A stretch of DNA of 64,000 nucleotides, from assembly GCF_009914755.1 (NCBI RefSeq), contig NC_060926.1; one strand, written 5' to 3'. Below are positions 47,644 to 60,699 of this stretch, piece after piece (position 1 is the stretch's first letter; every line of letters begins with the position of its first letter). Source of the stretch: the human T2T-CHM13v2.0 reference genome, Homo sapiens. The notes beneath the pieces were generated by a model, which made no database searches, was not told the DNA's origin, and worked only from the letters and a program-made list of their open reading frames with translations. Both the position numbers and the translations under genes were made by a program.

Positions 47644-50600
47644 TTAGACCAACTCTTAAACCATCACTTCCATTGATGGACTAGACACAACCTTTGGCTC
47701 CAGTTTAGACTGGCTGTTTTGGCTGCTTACAAACTGCTGTTCTTGAACGTTCTCTCACCATTATCCTGCTTAGAGGGTTCTTCCCTTTGTCACACACTCA
47801 GTCAATGGATACCTATCAAAATCTCCGAAATGGAAAATTCTCTCATGTTGCCTTCTGCCTTCTTGTTTTTTCTTAGCTCACAGGCGGGACTCTGGGCACA
47901 GACTTAGTCTACCCTAGGGCTTGGGAGCCATTTGTCCCACTCCACTCTTTCCTTTCAGGGCCCCCAGGTCGGGAGGTCCAGCAGGCTGCTTCCTGGCATT
48001 CACAGGGGGCAGTTGCACCCTCTGCTCTCTGAGAGGAATTACTCACAGTCTCCTGCTGCCCAACCTTCCAGAAAACCACCATATCCCATTTCCTCCCCAG
48101 GCGTGGGGCAAAACAACTCCAAGGCTTTCTGCTTTCAGCTACAGTTTATAAGCAGATTCAGTGAAGATACACAGAGTTAATCTCTGCCTGACAGTGAAGT
48201 GCATGCCTGCAATAATGCTGCAATGTCCACTGAAACAAAAGAAAACATTCCCACACTCTATGCGTGGTTATAGACCACATCTTCTGGGTCTGTAGAAGTG
48301 AGGTATGTGTTGGCGGTGGGCAGGGTGGGCGGTGGGTGGTGGTGGCCCTGATGAGGGACCACATATGTCCATAGCACAGATTCTTATTCCATTGCATTTT
48401 GATTTATTTGCTGGTTGCTTTTCACATTTTACAAACATTGTTTTGCAACAGTTTATTCCTTCTGCATTTACGGAGGGCCTGCTAACTCTGGGCTCTAGTG
48501 AGTTGAATATGGAAAAACGGAGTTCCTTGTTCTTGAGTTTACGAAGAGCTCAAGCTCACAGACTGAAAGGCTGGAGGAGATGGATATGGGGCAAAGCGGT
48601 CAGTAGTGAGAAATGCCCCCTAGAGGCTGGTGCAAACGGCTGTGGAAGCCCAAAGTAGCAAATGGTCAGCCTCAGATGGGCGTGGTTCGTGTGCCTGCAT
48701 TGGCATAGACTCTGCAGAAGCTGTGACGTTGTGTGGAGTCCTGGAGGGTGACTAGCAGTTTTCTGGGTGGCAAATGAGGAGGACTTGCTGCATAAAAGGC
48801 AGAACTGAGGCAAAAGATGAAAACTTGATTTTCACAACCAATGTGTGTTTCAATGATTTCTTCCCAGAGCAGGGTCCAGCAACTACATCAGTGTTGATCA
48901 AGCTGGGGCCTACAGAAGTACTGTGCAGCTGAATTTTGCCTTTGTGTTCTGGACCGACGAGAAGGCCAACTGATCACCAACACAGTGATGTCATGTCAGC
49001 CCCATGTTTGCCTTAGTGTTCACAGTCAGGGGGAGTCCTTATTTAATTGCTCAAGGTGAAAAAGGAGGAACAAAGGCCGACTACAAGTAAGCAATGCATT
49101 TACACTGGGTGAAAACCAGAGGTGTCTGTGGCTCAACGAGGAAATAGTCATGAGAGAAACAGCCTTTCCTAAAGCACCATGGGTGTGCAGAGCTTACAGG
49201 AACAGGCAGCAAGTCGCTTAGTGCCACATTCTCTTCGGAAGATACGGATGAATCTCAGCAAAATCATATCATCCTTTGCGTTCAATTGATGCTGTCAACA
49301 TGGACTTTTATGGTTTCCATTGTATCTGTTCCTATTATATATATTTCTTTTCATTTTGCTGCATACAAGTTATTGTAAAAGGCCAGCACTTTGGTTTATA
49401 TTTATGCATATTCAAATGACATTATAATAAAATATAATAAAAGTAATGTAAATATATGTAAAGTATTGTAAAATACAATAAAAGTAATGTAAGACAATGC
49501 TGGGTGTCCATAAAAATTGTTTTTCCTTCAATGGATGCATGTATTCTTCAAGTTTGAGAAACCCTGATTATTGTATTTTCTTTTTAAAAATAATTATGTC
49601 TATATACCATAACACTAACATCCCATAACATTTTGCCCTTCCCTTATTTTTTCAATGTTTAAAACTCTGCTTTTCATTATCAAAAAAGGCAGGCTGGTCT
49701 ATCCTCAGATCCACACTGTAAAATAAATAACATGACATTCCACTAAATTAGCCTCCATAAAATGTTGCAGTACAGTTTTTAAAAAGATGATGAAAAATGT
49801 GAAAACATCAATGACTTTTTATTAGAGAAATTTCCTTCACCTCTGAAAAAGACTGGAATTAATTTATGTAGCCCTGAAAATAGAAACGGAGGGCTGAACT
49901 GGCCAAGTTCTTTTTCAAATAGCAAAACTAAGACTCTCAAAGGTGAATTTTTCTCATAGTTCTCATGCTGACAAAAGTAACCTCGAAGATCCATCCCGCC
50001 CATTTGCATTTGGACAAATCACTCAGCTGTCAGGTGAATTGCTTGTGTGGGGTGTGTTTAAACACCAGCTCGCCCTGCGTCTCGAGCAGCTTCCACTTAG
50101 AAGTCATCCCAGCTTTTCAAAAGCAGATTGCCTCCCTTTGAAATTCCGTTATAGGAGAAATTCCACCTCTGCTTTTTATTATACTGTTGCATTAACTCTT
50201 ATATTAGGATAAAAAGAAACACATTCTCTTCTTCAAACAATAGAAAAAGGAAATGTCACTCTCACCAGTCTTTTCTTTTTTGGGGGGGAGTTCTAATCCA
50301 TTTATATCCTCAAAGGCATTTTCATTCTTTGGGGGAGATTTGAAGGCCAATTCTTATTAGCCCCTTGGAAACAGCTTAACAGTCTTCCTTTCCGTGCCTT
50401 AAAAACCACCCATGTTCTTTCAGTTTTATCTTAATAAAGACACAGATGCCATTTAAGAAGCTTGAGATCCATGTGGACTGGGGCCAACGCTGTTGAGATG
50501 GTTCTGTGCAGAGTCATCTGGAAGGAGAGACTCTTGTGGCCCATGAGGACCTGCTTCGCCAATGCTGCAATAGTCTAACCTAGAACTACCAGATCTTTGG

Positions 50601-51021
50601 CTACAATGATTCCTCCTTCATTGTCAGTGAGCCCTGGGTAGTATTGTGGGCATGTGGGGAACACAGTGAAAATGCATCATCTGTATTGACTGGGGGTAAA
50701 AAGTTCTTACTAAGTCAATCCTGATGTTCTTGGAGTGAGGGCGGAAGCCTTCAGCATGGGGTCTTGATTATTGTTCCAAGAATAAGCAATAACTTTTTGA
50801 ATTAGAAAACATGGTTTTGAATAGGAAGCTCAGAGTATGACTGAAAAGAATAGTGAGTGATTTAATATTGTTCTTAAGTCACTGTTTTACTGGCAATAAC
50901 AAACTCTTTGCTTGCTTTTCAGGAGTGGCTTTCTATATATTTTATATCTTCTAACCATGCTTTGCATTGCCATTATAGTTTCTAGAAATATTTGTATTGA
51001 ACATCCAGAGTGCAAGCTAAT

Positions 51022-51106
51022 TATCAATGTATATTATCTAGGTATCAATGTATCTTATCTAGGTATCAATGTATATTATCAAGGTATCAATGTATCTTAT
51101 CTAGGT
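51022..51106. repeat. 21-bp tandem repeat (tatcaatgtat[a/c]ttatctagg) x4
   Basis: Seen directly; a/c alternation implies duplication of a 42-bp dimer. Confidence 0.9.
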
Positions 51107-51744
51107 ATATTATTATAGATATTCTCTTATCTAGGTATATTATTTATCATAAAATATGTAAAATATCATAACTTATTTCTGATAAATTCATTTAGCATCA
51201 TTGTAGCAAGGAGCATCAGTGTTCTAGGTCCATTCTCAGAATAGCCCCAGGACGGGATTCCTGCACCCGATTGAAATGTATTGATGAAAGTTGTGTTGTT
51301 GCATCAACTGAACTGTGGAAATTTACCAGCCAATAACTTTCATTTAATTCATAGATTACAAACCCATTTATCAGCTTTATTACAATGCCACAAGTCAGCT
51401 AGACTTCATTATTATATTTGTCTACTTTGCATATCATATAGCATAAAAGAGATGGTATGGATATAATCTGCAAAATATAACAGTTCCATACAATGGCAGC
51501 AACAAATATTTTGTCTTTTTATTTATTTCCATCTTCCCATTCTTCCCTTTTTTATTATTCAGTGAACAGTGGAGAGCATCTGTCCAACCAACTTGTTATG
51601 ACTTGTCTCCTCTCTCACTTACGCTAATTATAACAAGGACAGGACTGGCACCAGACAAGTCATTTCTTGGCAAATCAGCCATATATTATAGTTAGGTTTT
51701 TGTTAGAGCAGTACTAGGTTAGGTCCAATTTATAAGACAGTATG

Positions 51745-51945
51745 TAAACAACATAACTTTGGGAACTGAAAATACAATATCTGAAATGAAGATTTCACTG
51801 GATGGGCTTAATAGCAGACTTGCATTGGCAGAATAAAGATTGGTGAACTTGAGGCTAGATAAATAGAAGAGATTCAATCTGAGGAGTAAAGAGAAAACTA
51901 GCAAACAATAGAGTTCAGTGACCTGTGGCATAATAAATCTATTAA
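51745..51945 (+). mobile_element. L1 ORF1 fragment
   Basis: 'gaactgaaaatacaatatctgaaatgaagatttcactggatgggcttaatagcaga'. Confidence 0.75.
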
Positions 51946-51989
51946 TAACCATTTCTAACATCATTCTTTTCTATTGACCACACTTAAAT

Positions 51990-52085
51990 TGTCTTTCTTC
52001 CTTTCTTTCTTCTTTCCTTCCTTCTTTCCTTCCTTTCTTCCCCCCGTCTTCTCTTTCTTTCTTTCTTTTTTTTTCTCTTTTTAAA
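51990..52085. repeat. (CTTT/CCTT)n simple repeat
   Basis: Seen directly. Confidence 0.9.
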
Positions 52086-52092
52086 ATTTTAA

Positions 52093-52729
52093 TATTATTA
52101 TACTTTAAGTTTTAGGGTACATGTGCACAACGTGCAGGTTTGTTACATATGTATACATGTGCCATGTTGGTGTGCTGCACCCATTAACTCGTCATTTAGC
52201 ATTAGGTATATCTCCTAATGCTATCCCTCCCCCCCCCACCCCACAACAGTCCCTGGTGTGTGATGTTCCCCTTCCTGTGTCCATGTGTTCTCATTGTTCA
52301 ATTCCCACCTATGAGTGAGAACATGTGGTGTTTGGTTTTTTATCCTTGCGATAGTTTGCTGAGAATGATGGTTTCCAGCTTCATCCATGTCCCTACAAAG
52401 GACATGATCTCATCATTTTTATGGCTGCATAGTATTCCATGGTGTATATGTGCCACATTTTCTTAATCCAGTCTATCATTGTTGGACATTTGGGTTGGTT
52501 CCAAGTCTTTGCTATTGTGAATAGTGCCGCAATGAACATTCGTGTGCATGTGTCTTTATAGCAGCATGATTTATAATCCTTTGGGTATATACCCAGTAAT
52601 GGGATGGCTGGGTCAAATGGCATTTCTAGTTCTAGATCCCTGAGGAATTGCCACACTGACTTCCACAATGGTTGAACTAGTTTACAGTCCCACCAACAGT
52701 GTAAAAGTGTTCTTATTTCTCCACATCCT
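52093..52729 (-). mobile_element. L1PA (PA3-PA5-like) 3' fragment
   Basis: 'tactttaagttttagggtacatgtgcacaacgtgcaggtttg...cattaactcgtcatttagc': ancestral GAG/A alleles at the Ta-diagnostic sites; ORF2 reads PKDYKSCC. Confidence 0.92.
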
Positions 52730-52890
52730 TTCTTTCTTTTTCTTTCTTTCTTCCTTCCTTCCTTTCTTTCTTTCTCTTTCTTTCTTTCTTTCTTTCTTCC
52801 TTCCTTCCTTCCTTCCTTCCTTCCTTCCTTCCTTCCTTCCTTCCTTCCTTCCTTCCTTTTCTCTCTCTCTCACTCTCTCTTTTTCTTTCT
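52730..52890. repeat. (CTTT)n/(CCTT)n microsatellite derived from an Alu tail
   Basis: Seen directly, abutting the Alu poly-T. Confidence 0.93.
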
Positions 52891-53201
<311 letters not shown>

Positions 53202-53490
53202 TGAGAGCTTCATAATAAGGACTGGATTCCAGCTTCTCCTTGTAGCCTCAATACTAAGCTTAGCACATATTAAACACTCAACAAATACATAGGAAATAGA
53301 CTCGTGGATATTGTTTGCAGAGTGTGAAGCAATCCAAAATCCCCAATATAGGAAAATGGTTAAATAGATCATGTACATCTGGATGATGAAACAGATTACA
53401 GACGTTGAAAATTTTATTTTTGAATAATATTGAATGACATGAGAAAATTTTCCTGATGTGGTAATAAATAAAAATAGAAAAATATATAAC

Positions 53491-53939
<449 letters not shown>

Positions 53940-53994
53940 GATATGCAACTTTGTATAGAACATGGTCTTTCTTTTCTTTACAAATTGTGTCCTT

Positions 53995-54590
53995 TCATTC
54001 ATTCATTCACTCAACAAATGTTTATTGATGCACATTATTGCCAAGTTTCACTGTTGAAGATTCTAGGGGTGTGTGTGTGTGTGTGTGTGTGTGTACACAA
54101 AACAAATCTCTGTCCTCATAGAGTTTATATTATAGACAGGGTAGATAAACAGAAAACAAAATAAGTAAGTTCCATATTTTATTAGGTGACATATACTGTG
54201 GGTAAAAACAAGAGGTATCAAGTTTTTTCAGGGGGTCCTTTCCATAGGATTACGAGGAGGACCATGCAGTCATTGGGCAAAGGCTTGAAGAGTGTGAGAG
54301 GGAGGCATTCCAGAAAGAATAGGAGGTGAAGGGCTCTGAGCCCAGAGTGATGCTGGGGGGTTTGGGACCAGGAAGAAGGCCCATGTGGCTGCACCAAAGG
54401 GAATGAGTCCAGGAGTGGCAGGCGATGACCTCAGAGGGTCCTGGGGAACCAGCAGTTAGGACCTGGAAGGTGCTTGGAATGACCTTGGTTTTTACTTTTG
54501 CATCAGGTGGTTTTTAACAGAGAAGTGACATGATCAGACTCAAGTTTTGAAAGAATCACCCGGGTTGTGTTGAGAAAAGACTGGGGCCAA
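53995..54590 (-). mobile_element. L2 3' region containing a (TG)n run
   Basis: 'cattcattcattcactcaacaaatgtttattga' L2 tail; 'aagtgacatgatcagact...ttttgaaagaatcac'. Confidence 0.75.
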
Positions 54591-54599
54591 AGCTGTACA

Positions 54600-54780
54600 T
54601 TGTGAGTGAGAGTGTGTGTGTGAGTGTGCATGTGTGTGTTTGCGTGTGAGTGTGCATGTGTGTGTTTGCATGTGAGTGTGTGTGTACATGGGATGAGTGT
54701 GAGAGTGTGTGTGTGCACATATGAGTGTGTGTGGGGGGGTGGGTGTGTATGTGTATGTGTGTGTGAATGTGTATGTGTGC
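54600..54780. repeat. Imperfect (TG)n tract
   Basis: Seen directly. Confidence 0.93.
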
Positions 54781-57239
54781 ACCTGCCAACCACCATGTGA
54801 CTCTGGGTAAGGCGTGAGGCAACTTCATAGAGGAGGCCTACATCTCCTAAACTGTGAAGTGAGTATTGTCGTTTATAGGGTTATTCTGAGCATAGCATGG
54901 GAAAAGGATTTGAGAAACCTTACCATCAGTTATAAAACAGTGTAAGTGTTTAAGGGGCCCCAGAGTATTAGTAACCTATGTGGTTGAAGGGAACTACATT
55001 GATACTTCTTGAAATAGTAAGAATTTTTCAGTTTTATTTTTTGACATTAAGACCAAGTTGTAGGAGAGAGGGCAGTGGGGATGTGGATGGAGAATCAAAG
55101 AGACCTTATCTTAGGATCCAAACCACCATTAAATATAGGTAATGATTCAGAGAACTTGTTGGGATCTACACTTTATTCTGCATTATAGCATTTCTTGTGC
55201 TTCCGCAACAGGCTGTGGGCTGCATGTGGATAAGAACTGGGTGTTCCTAGGTATTGTATATAGTAGGCACCCAATCTATTGTTTTGTCATAGCTCTGACC
55301 TTGTTGCCAAGGGGAACAGAATAACGAAAAAGTCTAACAACCCCTTATATGGTTCTGACAGTTTGTTACTTTCACACTGTTTTCTGGTCTACAGCAAATT
55401 GTATCTACTATCATTCCGTTGTATTAAGAATGGTAAATTATTCTTCCTCCTTTCCCTCTTTCCCTAATCAAACACTTAAGTCTGTAAACATCTTCATGAA
55501 GTTCCTTCTGTGAGTTTTAACTGGAGATTAAACCTGAAGAAGGGGATTAGAATGATCTCAGGAAGTCTTTCAGTGGAAGGTTGATTCAAACTCCGAACTT
55601 TCTGTCTGCTTCCCTTCATTGTGGGCCACCGTCGATAAAATAAGAAACATGTGCCCTAGTTAAATGTGAATGCCTCAGTGTAACAGCGAACCCCCTGCTG
55701 CTGGACAGCCCTAAACTGTTTAAGCCTGTGTGTCCCTTGATTTCATGGGAGACTCTGCGAGACACAATCCTGCTGATGGCCAAACCACAGCGACAGTCTC
55801 TCCAACAAGGTAGACGTTGGATTTATGGTCAGAACAGTGCTCTTGGGGGCCATTAAAGTGGCAAGGTACCAGTTTTGGCTCTTCACTTTTAAGTCAGTAC
55901 AAATTATGGATGATCCCATCTATGATTTTGAGCAAGCTCCCTATTTGATTATGATTTCTAGGGGCAGGTGGATCCGAATGCCACAGAGTGGCCATATCAG
56001 GGGGACAGCGTTTCCTCTGACTACCCTTCTGCGGTGGATCAGGTGGTCCTGGCCTGCAAACCTTGTCAGCACATCTTTTCTGAAAGTCCAGTTGCATGCT
56101 CAGATCTGAGTGTCCAAGTCTTGCCGCTAGAGAGTAGTGCTGAAGAGGACAGCTCCCGCGGGTCCCTTAGCAGATGGCAGTCAACACCAACAGAAGCTTG
56201 GTGCTCTCTCCCTCACAGGGTGCACAGGGCGAGCAGCCAGCGTCAGAGAGAGGAAGAGCATGCTCAGTACCAGTTCTGCTTCCCAGGAGCTGAGATGCTG
56301 GCCCCGACCTTCCCCTGTGAAAATGACTCTCTAAAATCAACACTCTCTGCCTGGCACCTGCTTACATCACCTTACTCGGTGACATCCTCATCTCAGGCTC
56401 TGATCCCAGATCATGCACAGATGAATGTATAAAAATGGCTGCAAGTGTCAGAAGAATGACATCTGAAATACAAGCAGTGAGTGCGCCAGTATTTCAGGAT
56501 TGATCATGGTGCAGATACTTGTTCTTAAATGCCAGCCAAAGTCATGTAAATGAATGGAAATGTGGAAACTTAGCCATTTCAACAATGGAAAACAATTTAA
56601 AGCTTATTTCAAAATAATATCCCATGAAGCGCTGTACCAATAACTTGTATAAAATGAAAGCACAGATCAACATATTTTATAAATTATTAAGAAATAATTA
56701 TGTCATTAATTTGAGGGCTATGAAAAATATCTAGTATTTATCTTTGCCTTTTAAATGGCCTTTAGAAATTGAGATATAAAAAGTCTTTAGAATTAGAACA
56801 CAAGATTAACAGTATTATATCAGGGTAAATGGTCTTGAGGTTTTCTTCTTGGTATTTCCATTAGTCTTAATGCCCAAATCTTCTAATATAAATTCTACTC
56901 ATCCACCCAAAATGTGCTAAGACATCATTGAAAACTTTGAGCTGTGCAATTACAAGAGAAATTATTTGGCAATTAGTAGTATATGGAGCCACTTAGAGTC
57001 ATAATCAGTTCATTAAATGACTTTGATTTAAAAAGGAGAGAGAAAGAAAAAAGAAAGCAAAGATTCAGAGGTTTGGGGGATCTCTTAAGAGCAATGAGAT
57101 AAGAACTTATTTTAAGAAAAGCAATACTGTACATGAGTTAATTGGCTGTTGAGGTTGGTGAATAGAGAATAGTAGCTAGAGAAGCATGGAAGAACGTTTG
57201 GATAAGTTGAGGCAGTTTGTACTATAAGTCAATATTTTA

Positions 57240-57543
57240 TTTCTTTTTTCTTTGAGACAGGGTCTCGCTTTGTTGCTCCAGGATGGACTGCAGTGGCATG
57301 ATGATAGCTCAGTGCTTCCTTGAGCTCCTGAACTCAAGGGATCCTCCTGCCTCAGCCTCCCAAAGTGCTGGGATTACAGGCATGTGCCGCCACTATTTTT
57401 TTTATTTTTTATTTCTTTTATTTTGTAGAGATGGATTCTTGCTATGTTGCCCAGGCTGTTCTCCAACTCCTGGGCTCAAGCAATCTACCCTCCTCACCCT
57501 CCCAAAGTGCTGGGATTACAGGCATGAGCCATTGCGCCCAGCC
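57240..57543 (-). mobile_element. AluJ
   Basis: 'gatagctcagtgcttccttgagctcctgaactcaagggatcc'. Confidence 0.9.
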
Positions 57544-58292
57544 AAGTCATTCCACTTTCTAAGTTCCCAGCTGCCTGTACCTAATGATTTTTGTGAATAA
57601 ATTGTTTTCAGAACAACAAAAATGGGAAGCGATATCTCTTTCTAGCTAGATATTAGCTAATCATTGTTTGTGGTCAGTGTGCATGGAGATTAAATTAGTG
57701 CTTTAAATCCTTTGTGCCAGTGCTGCTCAGACAGGGGCTCAGTTGACTTCTTAAGCCACCATGGAGATCCATTTAAACGAAGCCATTTATCTTTGCCCTG
57801 TTTGGTTAAATCTTATTCCGTTTCTCCTCCAAATCCCTTCATCATGCAGATCTGACCACCCGCCTCCCCTGGATAAAATGGGATTACATAAACTTTGATG
57901 AAATGAGATTCGGCTGCAGAACAGCAGCTGTCAGACCCCCGTCCTCTGTTGAGTGCTCTGAGCATCTCGTGGGCCCCACATCCCCGGCAGCAGATGGTGG
58001 AGATAAATCAGTGAGGTTTTTGAGAGGCACAATTCTGCCTTGGTGCATTTACTCCTCTTCATTTTCCTTTTCCTTTCCTCTCTTGCCCTCACTTCCATAA
58101 ACTCACAGTGCAATATCTTTTCTTCATATTTGTATAGTTCTTTAATATTTGAAACATAATTTCACTGGTGCTTTTTGATTTGCACATCCTCATAGCAGTC
58201 TTATGATAGATAATAAAACTATTTTACAGAAGTTGAAAAGATTGAGAAATTCAAGTTCTCATTATATTCCCAAGTCAAGGTGTACTTTTGGG

Positions 58293-58618
<326 letters not shown>

Positions 58619-59299
58619 TAAACTTCTGCCTGACTAGAAGTTGGTTTTACCTTCACTGTGCAGGGGACATACACACAGGGGCTTAGCATTTTTCTATTTC
58701 AGGGGATTTTCCTATTATATATTTGTGTAATGTAGTACTTGGCTTGTGGGCAAAGCTAACCAGGCATGGGTGTCTGAATGACCAGCTCAACTTCACAGTG
58801 CTCATGAGGATGCAGAGAGGGCAGAGCCAAGTGAAGGAGGGAGGGACACTCTCTGGGTGAGCTTGAGCAGGTTGTCCAAATGTCCTGAGCCTGCGTTTCT
58901 CATCATACCTGACTTCTCGGGATTGCTGTGGGGTTGATGATGATGGTCCTCACGCCCAGCCGTTGCTGGCATGTGGCGCACGCACTTGCCTGTTAGCCAC
59001 TGCGGTGCTCCTTGCTCAGAGCGTCAGCTCCTGAGGGGCTCCTCTGTGGCCCACATGCCCATGAGATATGTCTATACAGCTTCGCCCTGTGCTGAGATGA
59101 CACCAAGTACCACCGCTTAGAGAGTACCTTTGCGTGCACCTGGCTACAGAGCTCCCCCCCCAGTCTCCACGCCTTCTTAGCAGGAGTGAGAGGGCTCCAG
59201 GGTTCTGGGCACCCTAGCAAGAGCCCTGATCCCCATCCCTTGATGCTCACAGCCTCAGCACCACAACCTGACTTGGAGATGGTGTGGTCCAATTCTATT

Positions 59300-60610
59300 G
59301 CACCCTCAAAAAGCCCAGGGCCAGTGGACTCCAGGGCACACTCTCACCTTCACCTTCTGGAGCACTTGTCTGGCCCTGTGGTCTGAAGCGCTCCTTGCTG
59401 TCTTGCTTCCCCTTCCTGGTAGAGGTCCTGCAGCCCTCTCCGGTGGTGGCTGTTTTCTTTCCCTCACTCCCATACCCTGGGCCTGGACATATGGCAGGTG
59501 TCCTTCCTGCGGCTTCCAGATCATCGTCCTCCCCTCCCCCTTGCCCTTCCTGATTACCCTGCTCTCCCTCCAGCAGCTACCTTCCCTTCCATGATGATGC
59601 TTCCTCTCAATTCTTCAGTTTCAGTATCATGGTTGATGTGCCTGCTCGTGACCTGGGCTCTTCTGATCGCAGTCTCCCTTTTCTCAGTGATCCTGCCTCA
59701 CCCCCATTAGCTGACCTGGTCATTCCCAGTGACAGTGGCCCCTGCAAGGTCTCTGTTGCAAACACCCCAAGTGTGGCCGCCCTCACCTACTCTTTCCCAC
59801 TTACTCTCTGGTGCTATGACCCCAGCCTTGGGGTCTCACCTCCATTCCCCGGGGTCACCTGTTTGTGCTCCCTCCCTCCCCAGCCTTGATTCCACAGCCC
59901 CTCATCACCCCTGCCTTGATGGCCTCCCTTGCCTTTCAAAGCCACTGCCTCACCCCTCACCTGGTCCAGTCAGAGATGCACGTGTTGGAGAAACATGCAT
60001 GACATGTGTCCGTCCCTCTCTGTGTGTCCTCCCTGCCCCAGTCAAGTGGGCCCTGAGGCTGCTCCTTCCCTCCTGTCCATCTGGGGTGACGGACGGGCCT
60101 GAAAGTGACCTCACGGGACCACTTCTGCCTTCTCAGACCTCCCCACGGCTCCCCACCCCCACCCTAGATCTTCTCCTCCCAGAAGCCCAGACACCATGTG
60201 GAAGCTCCATGGATTTGGGACAAGCCTCCCATGTCTAGCCTCTACAGCACAATAGGCAGAAAGGAGGAGGGGGCAGAGCTCAATGGGTCCCCAGCCAGGG
60301 CCACCGCCTCATCCCCACCCTTTGTCCCCTAACCCTTTGTCCTGACCACCTCCCCCTGCCCAGGGCCCCAGGCTTTGGGAATGAGGCACCGCTCCAGCAC
60401 TCCTGCCTCTTTCCTGCCCTATTCACTTTCACCGTAGTTGGCCCCATCTTCTTGTCTAGTCCTCTGCCTATTTATCCCCTAGAATGTGAACCTAGCAGGG
60501 CAATGACTTTTGTCTAGTTTGTGCACTGCTGGTTCCTCAGGTTTGGGGTGGGCACCTGGCCCAGCATAGAAAGCAGTAAGTCCTTATGTGCTGAATGGAC
60601 AGATGGATGC
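59300..60610 (+). mobile_element. Degenerate L2 fragments
   Basis: Pyrimidine-rich L2-like text ending 'tagaatgtgaacctagcaggg...cacctggcccagcatag...gctgaatgga'. Confidence 0.5.
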
Positions 60611-60699
60611 CATTAGTGACCTGGCTTCCTAGTTCCTAGGAAGATAGAAACAATCAGATGAGAATTGCCACATGCCCCATCACCTCTACTACCAAGGAA

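Noticed and set aside
55968-56432. 154-aa ORF in unique sequence after a possible acceptor
   Set aside because: No ATG start, no recognisable domain, mediocre acceptor; ORFs of this length are expected by chance at this GC content.
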